Assembly (NCBI GenBank): GCA_944323335.1
Contig: CALUSB010000003.1
Location: forward strand, 3,635-67,634
Source of the DNA: Candidatus Gastranaerophilales bacterium
Lineage (GTDB): Bacteria > Cyanobacteriota > Vampirovibrionia > Gastranaerophilales > Gastranaerophilaceae
Reading direction: 5' to 3'
Length of the DNA: 64,000 nt
The position numbers and the translations under genes are program-made. Under the pieces are notes generated by a model that saw nothing but the letters and a program-made list of their open reading frames with translations, was not told where the DNA came from and searched no databases. This document shows, in pieces, positions 1-6,563 of this stretch. Each line of letters starts with the position of its first letter. Position 1 is the first letter of the stretch.

Positions 1-248
1 AAGCAATAAATTTTGCAAAATACCAAAATTTAATGATAAAAGAAGGTGTTTGGGAAAAACCTTTAATTTCGTATGACACACTACTTGACTTAGATAACGA
101 TGATAAATCCGACATAGATTTAGATGGTGATGGCGTTCCCGATATGGATTTAGATGGTGACGGTATCATAGATATGAGCTCGGAACACCACTTGGCTTAC
201 ATTTGGGAAGCATTTAAAGACTTTTTGGGGGACATTTTTGGAGATTAG
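1..248 (+). CDS. 3' end of a gene that begins upstream of the window; acidic tail with tandem DxDxDG calcium-binding-type repeats
   Basis: The frame of the 33..248 ORF stays open back to nt 3, so the CDS is truncated by the window edge. The tail reads DLDNDDKSDIDLDGDGVPDMDLDGDGIIDM. TAG 246-248 directly abuts the ATG of the next gene. Confidence 0.5.
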   Translation, partial: AINFAKYQNLMIKEGVWEKPLISYDTLLDLDNDDKSDIDLDGDGVPDMDLDGDGIIDMSSEHHLAYIWEAFKDFLGDIFGD

Positions 249-2690
249 ATGAAAATACCCGGCACTACTAAAGTCAACTTCAAGCAAACAATAGCGCCCT
301 ATAAAAATACAAACCCCGCTACAAGTTATAGGGCCGGATTTTATCCTGTCATAGGAGCAGATTTTACAGATGGCGCTTATCCTTACACCAAGATAACAAA
401 CCCGCTTGAAAACTATAACAGCGCAGAAAAAATATTCAGAAAAAACATAAAAAACGGCAAGGGTATATTTGGCAGCGCCCAAAACTCTGAAAAATTTATA
501 TATAACGAAAAAATAAGAAAAAATGTAGTAAAATTCTTCGCAAAATATTCTCAAGAGGAAATTCAAAGACTCGAGAAGAAAAAAATTCTTACAATTGATG
601 AAGTGCGCTACAAAAATGATTTGAAAAACGTAAGAGATTTCTTTAGTGAATATGAATCTCTTCTTGACAAACAAGAAGATAAAATACTGCCCAAGATTGC
701 CTTTGCAGGAAATAAAAACGAAAACAAGCCTGCAATATTCATGTCGTACGAAAGTGAAAAAAATTGCAAAAATATGATTCATGGTTTCTCGGCAGCTTGC
801 GGCCTTGTATCAGCCGCCCTTGGGGAAGGTGCAGCAGTCGGAGCAGATACTATCCCCCTAAGAGTTCTACAGTTTGCAATGTTTTCTTCGATGGCAGCAT
901 ATTTAAAAGTACCCCCTATTGCATCCTTAGAATATTACACAAAAGAAATGTTTGCAGGGCAAACACTCGGGGTAGGAGGCGCAAGACTTATTACCTCTTG
1001 GCTTGGCATAGGCGCGCATGCAGCATCAGGGGCAACAGGAACAACAGCGGTAACAGGCGGAGGAGCAAATGCCGCAATAACAGGGGGAGTTAGAGCAGTC
1101 AATAGCTCATTAAGCATACTAATAACGGAAAAGATGGGTCGAGGATATGTCAAAAGGGTTAAAGAAGACAGAATGAATTTGCGTGACCAAACGGTAGAAA
1201 CGGCGGCTTACTTTATTGGAAGAGGTCTTTTCACCTCGCAAAACCCATTTGAAGACATTTCAGGTGTCGACTTTAAAGACGCATCTTCGCCCGAGCTTAT
1301 AAAAGAAGCCTTGGAAAAAATCCCCTTGGAACAACAAGAAGCCATAGCAACAACTCTAAGTTCACTCAAGGATTTTGGCAGAAGGGGTGCAAACTTCTTT
1401 GCAATCAACTTTGTGTCAAACATATTTACATCAGATGACAATAGCATTGAAACACTTAAAAAACGAGCATTTAAACTTTTTAAACAATCACTGATACAAG
1501 CAACAATATACGAGCTATGCGACCAAACGGTTTCTGCAACCATATCAAAAGAAGCCCAAGAAACTGTTAAAGAAATGCAGGAAAATCTCGAGAAATATCC
1601 GGAAGTTTATAGGGTATTTATAGAAAAAGAACATGAATTTTTTGAACAAATCAATATCGATACATTAGATAGTGAAGCCTTTGTAAGGCAATTCAAAAAC
1701 AGAACGTTCGTATACAACCTACAAAACTTTTCAAGAAGCGCAATTGAAGAATTTACACATGCCTGGGTAAACAGAAATAATTCCAAAACTGCCGCGACTA
1801 CTCTTGCAACTAAAAAAGGCAGGGAAGAAGAAATAGCAAAAAATAAAGAAATTAATGACTGTGTAAGCGAAGAAGAAAAAGAACAGATTTCTCAATTAAT
1901 AAATGAAATGGGTTCTTTAGTAACCGCAAAAAACACTAAAGAAAATGAAAAAGAATTTGGCTACGGTAGAATTGCCGGCTATGAAAAAATAAAAAATGAA
2001 CTGACACAAAAATTTATTATGCCCCTTGGTCTTGAGTCAGTTGGTTCATACACCACAGCGCCGCCTGCAATTCTTTTTTACGGGCCTACAGGCGTTGGTA
2101 AAACCGCTCTTGTAAGGGCAGTTTCAGAGCAAGGCAAATGTTTTATGCCAAAATTTAGAGAACCTGACAATATTGAAGAATTGTCAGAAGAACTTGAAAG
2201 ATTAAAAAAAGAAGCCGGAAATTCATCAAGACACACTGTAATTAAAATAGATGAATTTGATGATTTTGGTTCGGACAAAGAAGCAGCAAAAGTTTTTGCC
2301 GACTTTATAAAAGACTGTGCAGAAAATAAAATAACTCTTATGCTAACCACAAACGAACCCTTAGATATAGATGCCTCTATTTTAAGGCAAACAATTAATA
2401 TACCCGTATCGCCGCCGAATAAAGATGATTTAAAAGATGTAATTAAATTCTATTTTAGCGATTTTAGCGATACTGATTGCAAAGAAATAGCTGAAGCTTT
2501 AATAAAAAAGGCAAAAAACAATGCATATTCCAACTCGCAAATAAAACAACTGTCTTATGCGCTATTTAGGGGTAAAGATTCAAAAACTCCGGAAACTGTG
2601 TTAAAATTGATTCAAACAATGCCCCCTGAAATCCTGACATCGGATATTGAAAAACTCCAAAGAGAAAAAAGTAAGCTTGAGGAAATATAA
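249..2690 (+). CDS. Divergent AAA+ ATPase (C-terminal ATPase module) with Gly/Ala-rich DUF697/EcsC-like segment and unknown N-terminal region
   Basis: 813 aa with SD GGAGA 4 nt upstream. Walker A GPTGVGKT (nt 2082-2105), Walker B VIKIDEFDD, TTNEPLDIDASILR. Residues 176-304 are Gly/Ala-rich and amphipathic. The central region is K/E-rich and helical. Confidence 0.8.
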   Translation: MKIPGTTKVNFKQTIAPYKNTNPATSYRAGFYPVIGADFTDGAYPYTKITNPLENYNSAEKIFRKNIKNGKGIFGSAQNSEKFIYNEKIRKNVVKFFAKYSQEEIQRLEKKKILTIDEVRYKNDLKNVRDFFSEYESLLDKQEDKILPKIAFAGNKNENKPAIFMSYESEKNCKNMIHGFSAACGLVSAALGEGAAVGADTIPLRVLQFAMFSSMAAYLKVPPIASLEYYTKEMFAGQTLGVGGARLITSWLGIGAHAASGATGTTAVTGGGANAAITGGVRAVNSSLSILITEKMGRGYVKRVKEDRMNLRDQTVETAAYFIGRGLFTSQNPFEDISGVDFKDASSPELIKEALEKIPLEQQEAIATTLSSLKDFGRRGANFFAINFVSNIFTSDDNSIETLKKRAFKLFKQSLIQATIYELCDQTVSATISKEAQETVKEMQENLEKYPEVYRVFIEKEHEFFEQINIDTLDSEAFVRQFKNRTFVYNLQNFSRSAIEEFTHAWVNRNNSKTAATTLATKKGREEEIAKNKEINDCVSEEEKEQISQLINEMGSLVTAKNTKENEKEFGYGRIAGYEKIKNELTQKFIMPLGLESVGSYTTAPPAILFYGPTGVGKTALVRAVSEQGKCFMPKFREPDNIEELSEELERLKKEAGNSSRHTVIKIDEFDDFGSDKEAAKVFADFIKDCAENKITLMLTTNEPLDIDASILRQTINIPVSPPNKDDLKDVIKFYFSDFSDTDCKEIAEALIKKAKNNAYSNSQIKQLSYALFRGKDSKTPETVLKLIQTMPPEILTSDIEKLQREKSKLEEI

Positions 2691-2978
2691 ATGAAAATAT
2701 CACCGGTTATATCGCAGAGTTTTAAAAAAAGTACAAACATACAACCCTCCCAAGATAAAAAACCTTTTAAAATTGATACTTGGGACAAGCAGATGTATCT
2801 GCTAAGTGCCGTTATAACATCGGGTGCAGGTGTAAAATTTGCAAAAAAGGGCTTTTCTGGGGCAACACCGTTAGGCAAAACCGCAAAAGTCGCCGGCGGA
2901 GCTTTTATAACTCTCGTCTCGGCTGCCGCACTAACCTTACTTTGGAAAGTCCTCAAAAATATAAATTCCGACAAGTAA
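2691..2978 (+). CDS. Small membrane protein (two Gly/Ala-rich hydrophobic segments), unknown function
   Basis: 95 aa. The ATG abuts the upstream stop (TAAATG) and follows SD GAGGAAA. Hydrophobic segments are LLSAVITSGAGV and GGAFITLVSAAALTLLWKVL. Confidence 0.6.
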   Translation: MKISPVISQSFKKSTNIQPSQDKKPFKIDTWDKQMYLLSAVITSGAGVKFAKKGFSGATPLGKTAKVAGGAFITLVSAAALTLLWKVLKNINSDK

Positions 2979-2981
2979 GAC

Positions 2982-4196
2982 TTATATTTTTTTCAAGTAT
3001 TTATCTATATCGCATCTGAGAAGATACGCGTCTCGTTGTTTACCTTGCATCTCGCATATCATGGCGTTTATTTCTTTATAGCGTATGACATCGGCGTAAC
3101 GACCTTTTTCTGCAGCGTTGTCAGCCAATTCCGTTAACCAGCATTTATGAATTTCAAGACGGCTTTGACTCATATTTTTTATGTCATCATCAAGATGAGC
3201 GCTCCAAGTTTTTTTCTGTCCGAGCATTAAATTATCAAAATTAATTTTAAGAGGTATTCGTCTGCGATTTGCCAAAAAAGCAGAGTCAATGCCCCACTGA
3301 TTATCCGTACCAAAAACTATGGTCATGGGCTCTTTGTTTTCTGATAAAGAAAACAAAAACGCTTTCATATCACCTATAGTAAAATTTGATACACGAGCCG
3401 GGTTTAAGATATTGGAAAAATCATCTACAAATAATACTGTTCTTTTGCCCGTTTTTTGATATTTTTCCTGTGCATACTGAAGCTCTGTATTTAGCCTATA
3501 TATAGCATCATCCTCATCATCAGGAAGTTTAAAGCGAACAATTCTTGCATCAAGCTCGCTCTCCAGCCACTGTTCAATCTCTTTTCTTGTTTGAGCATTT
3601 GAACCTTCAAGCATCACGGCAGTTGGAACATCATCTTGCCCGCGAGATATAGGCTCTATAAATTCACAAACAAGTGCATCTTTGATTTTTGCACTTAGCT
3701 CTTCTTTTTTTATTCTTTCATTATCAGCTTTCTCAAGTTTTTTAAGGTCAGATTTAATTTTTAGCTCTTGTTCTTTTTTTTCTTGAATTTTTTCATTATT
3801 CATATCGAACATAAGAGCTCTTATTTGCCTTATTTCAGGCTCAATAATCCTTTTTACCCTTTTTTCTTTAGCAGGGTCTATAACAAGGCTTTCTATAACG
3901 GCAGGTGTAAGCAGCAAAACAATCAAAGCGGCTTTATAGAGGTTTTCGACCACAGGTGAAGGCGGGGGGTAAATTTCCCTGTATCTTTCCTTGAAATACT
4001 CCTGCTCCCAGTTTTTCTTGCCAAGATATTTTTCTGCGACAGCTATTTGTTTGTCGTCGTAGTAGCCCGAGGGATACTCTTTTCCTCTGAAACTTATAAA
4101 CACATCGCCCCTGTTGTTTTTCCTGAGACAATGTTCGACATTACCTGCATTAGTTTTCAAAACAGGCTTATTAAAGAAAACCGGAGCTATTTTCAT
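2982..4196 (-). CDS. Membrane-anchored AAA+-like protein with degenerate Walker A (probable pseudo-ATPase)
   Basis: 404 aa with an ATGA overlap with the upstream gene. TM segment LYKAALIVLLLTPAVIESLVI, then a K/E coiled-coil stretch. The AAA-like core aligns to the neighbouring paralogues, but the P-loop position reads LEGSNAQTRKE (nt 3582-3605). Walker B-like VLFVDDF is kept. Confidence 0.7.
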   Translation of the reverse strand: MKIAPVFFNKPVLKTNAGNVEHCLRKNNRGDVFISFRGKEYPSGYYDDKQIAVAEKYLGKKNWEQEYFKERYREIYPPPSPVVENLYKAALIVLLLTPAVIESLVIDPAKEKRVKRIIEPEIRQIRALMFDMNNEKIQEKKEQELKIKSDLKKLEKADNERIKKEELSAKIKDALVCEFIEPISRGQDDVPTAVMLEGSNAQTRKEIEQWLESELDARIVRFKLPDDEDDAIYRLNTELQYAQEKYQKTGKRTVLFVDDFSNILNPARVSNFTIGDMKAFLFSLSENKEPMTIVFGTDNQWGIDSAFLANRRRIPLKINFDNLMLGQKKTWSAHLDDDIKNMSQSRLEIHKCWLTELADNAAEKGRYADVIRYKEINAMICEMQGKQRDAYLLRCDIDKYLKKI

Positions 4197-4822
4197 TTGT
4201 TTTCACCCTTTTTAAAATTTTTATTTATAACAACTGCGACAGCACCAAGCGCAGCACCAATAGCATTAAATGCAAGTATGTAATTTCTTTTGCATTTTAT
4301 AAGCGCCTTGCCCATATCTTGTCTCATTTCGCAAACATGGGCATTTACGTGTTTTTCGTACAATTCATTATAATCTTTTGTAAGTTTTTCTAATGAGCGT
4401 TTAGCCATAGCTACAGTTTCCGCTAAATTTTGTTCACAATTTTTGAATTTCTCGAAAAAATGTCCCGATACGGATTCTTGCGCCAACCGCCTTGCTTCTT
4501 CAATTCTTGGAGTATTCTCATTTATTATATTTCTTGCAATTTGAATGTTTTGCTTTAACAACTGCACATAAGGCATTGAGTCAAAATTATCGGCCAGTTT
4601 CTTTGTTGCAGATTCAATGTATTGCTTATACAATTCACTTTCTGTATTTACCGCCCGCTTCGATAATATTGCCCCGATAACACCGCCTAAAAGAGTTGCA
4701 CCCACAAGTATAAAAGGCTCTTTCGGAAGCTTTGTTTTGTTGATTTTTTGCTCACTTGGGAGGGCATTTGAGACTTTTGGTATATTAAACTGCTTGTAGG
4801 GGTTATTTATATTGTTAATCAT
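4193..4822 (-). CDS. Two-TM helical membrane protein, unknown function
   Basis: 209 aa with SD GGGAGGGA, overlapping the upstream gene by 8 nt. TM segments near both termini (FILVGATLLGGVIGAILS; ILAFNAIGAALGAVAVVI) flank a long helical region. Confidence 0.65.
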   Translation of the reverse strand: MINNINNPYKQFNIPKVSNALPSEQKINKTKLPKEPFILVGATLLGGVIGAILSKRAVNTESELYKQYIESATKKLADNFDSMPYVQLLKQNIQIARNIINENTPRIEEARRLAQESVSGHFFEKFKNCEQNLAETVAMAKRSLEKLTKDYNELYEKHVNAHVCEMRQDMGKALIKCKRNYILAFNAIGAALGAVAVVINKNFKKGENK

Positions 4823-6164
4823 CCTGTGTCCCTCCCACTATTAATTCGACTTCGTTCTTATATTTTTCTAAGCTTTCTTTGTCAATCTTTGGAGACTCTT
4901 TTCTTATATAATATAACAAATCTTCTTGCGATACCTCACTACAGTGCTTGACGCATTCTTTGCATATATCTTCAATTTGGGAATTATTATACGCTCTATT
5001 TGGCAAAACGGAACAAACTTCTTCAGCCAATTCGGCTAAATTAATCTCATCCATATTTACATTCGGACAATCTTTTAGATAGTGTTCAAAAACAAGGGCT
5101 GAGTTTATTTTATCCGGAGGGTCAATTGCAACTTTTATAGGCATTCTGCTTGAACTTCTGAGTGCCGAGGGAATATCGAGAGGGTTATTTGTTGTAGCAA
5201 AAATTGTACAGTGGTAATCTTGTGAACAATTCTCCAAAAATCTTTTTAAACTCTGTACGACGGAAGATGTGCTATTCATAAACCTGTCTGCTTCATCAAC
5301 CAAGATTATTGTCCTAACACCATTTTCAAGAAAATTTTGCTGCGACATTTTAGCTATTGCCAAAAGATTATCATAAAATGTTTTTTCCTTATCTTTTCTG
5401 CTTCTTGCCGTAGGACTCGGCTCTGCTTTTTTAAATTCACAATTTGCACTGTGTGCAAAAGCCTTAGCAAAACTTGTTTTTCCGTTACCTGCGGGGCCAA
5501 AAAATAATATAGCATTAGGCATTTCAACATCTTGACCCGCCATTTCATAAGGAAGCAGATTTATAAATCTTTCCGTCAAAAGAAATTTTTCTTCCTCGTA
5601 ACCCGCTATTGAATCAAAACCTTTGTGAGAATTTTTATTTTGGGATAAAATTTGAGTTTTTTGCCTTATTTGCTCAGCCATAAGAAGAGCTTTTTTCACC
5701 TCTTGCAATTCCTTGGCATCTGTATTTCTTTGTTTTAACAGTTCATAATTTTGCTTCAAAAGCTCCAGATTTTCATCCTGTATTTCAAGGGCTATTTCCT
5801 GAGCTTTGAGAAATCCGCTTATTTTATAATCCTCATCACGAAGTATTTGCATTCTTTTTTTTGTTTTAAAAAAACCGCCTACCTGAGAAAGTCTTTCTTT
5901 ACTTGCCTCTTTTATGCTTCTATAGCCTAATTCAAATCTGGTGACAATACTATCAGCCGCTTTAGCATTGCTTTCTCTTAAAAATACGTCTTTTATGGCA
6001 TTATAAGCTTTGCTATGTTCTTTTTTATCCCCATCTATTACTGCGCAAAAAGAAACAGGAAAGCTTTTGCCTTGATTTTTTGGCAAATTTCTTCCGTTGG
6101 TCATTTTATAGCTGTTTACAGAATATATTTTCACTTGCAATATCCCGTTACTATAGACATACAA
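4815..6164 (-). CDS. Divergent AAA+ ATPase with coiled-coil N-terminal half (paralogue of the 249..2690 ATPase module)
   Basis: 449 aa from ATG 6164; alternative starts are GTG 6134 and ATG 6104. Walker A GPAGNGKT (nt 5475-5498), Walker B IILVDEADRF, TTNNPLDIPSALR, AYNNSQI. Confidence 0.8.
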   Translation of the reverse strand: MYVYSNGILQVKIYSVNSYKMTNGRNLPKNQGKSFPVSFCAVIDGDKKEHSKAYNAIKDVFLRESNAKAADSIVTRFELGYRSIKEASKERLSQVGGFFKTKKRMQILRDEDYKISGFLKAQEIALEIQDENLELLKQNYELLKQRNTDAKELQEVKKALLMAEQIRQKTQILSQNKNSHKGFDSIAGYEEEKFLLTERFINLLPYEMAGQDVEMPNAILFFGPAGNGKTSFAKAFAHSANCEFKKAEPSPTARSRKDKEKTFYDNLLAIAKMSQQNFLENGVRTIILVDEADRFMNSTSSVVQSLKRFLENCSQDYHCTIFATTNNPLDIPSALRSSSRMPIKVAIDPPDKINSALVFEHYLKDCPNVNMDEINLAELAEEVCSVLPNRAYNNSQIEDICKECVKHCSEVSQEDLLYYIRKESPKIDKESLEKYKNEVELIVGGTQDD

Positions 6165-6219
6165 AACAAGTGAAGATATTTTTTTGTCAATATAATTTAT
6201 AAATATCTATATAACAGCA

Positions 6220-6498
6220 TTATTCATCGCACAATTTTAACTCAATATTCTTTAGTAACTTAAGTGCAAGTTCGTTTTCAAGCTTGTACCAGATTATATT
6301 ACCCTCTCTGTAGCCCTTTATCACTCCACAATTTTTTAAGATATTAAGATGCTGAGAAATAAGTGACTGAGAGACTTTTAGCCTCTCAACCATGGTATTC
6401 ACATTGCATTTTCCTTTGTGCATTAATCCGCAGGCAATTTTTAACCTGAGCGGATGGCTTAGTGCTTTAAAAATTTCAGAGTATTCTTGTGCGTTCAT
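6220..6498 (-). CDS. ArsR/SmtB-family winged-helix transcriptional repressor
   Basis: 92 aa. HPLRLKI...VSQSLISQHLNILKNCGVI is typical of ArsR-type wHTH proteins. Cysteines at 23, 31, 57 and 90. SD GAGGTA. Confidence 0.85.
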   Translation of the reverse strand: MNAQEYSEIFKALSHPLRLKIACGLMHKGKCNVNTMVERLKVSQSLISQHLNILKNCGVIKGYREGNIIWYKLENELALKLLKNIELKLCDE

Positions 6499-6507
6499 AT
6501 TTACCTC

Positions 6508-6547
6508 TTGACAATATTAGTATATTATAATATTCTAATATTGTCAA
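6508..6547. promoter_or_regulatory. Perfect 13-bp inverted repeat operator carrying overlapping divergent sigma-70-type promoters
   Basis: TTGACAATATTAG-N14-CTAATATTGTCAA. Plus strand: -35 TTGACA 6508-6513, 17-nt spacer, TATTCT 6531-6536. Minus strand: -35 TTGACA 6547-6542, 17-nt spacer, TATACT 6524-6519. It lies between the ArsR gene and the CoADR-fusion gene. Confidence 0.55.
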
Positions 6548-6563
6548 CAATATGAGGTGATTT

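Noticed and set aside
186-248. Similarity between the C-terminal strings EAFKDFLGDIFGD (first gene) and EQFRDFFGIGIDIE (57510..58904 protein)
   Set aside because: There are only about 6 matching residues in short low-information segments of otherwise unrelated proteins. That is too weak to call a shared motif without a genome-wide test.
150-782. 210-aa ORF on the minus strand overlapping the start of the 813-aa gene
   Set aside because: Its composition (F/I/Y/C/V-rich, no motifs) is what the antisense of a K/E/N-rich AT-biased gene produces. The plus-strand gene has an SD, operon coupling and recognisable domains.
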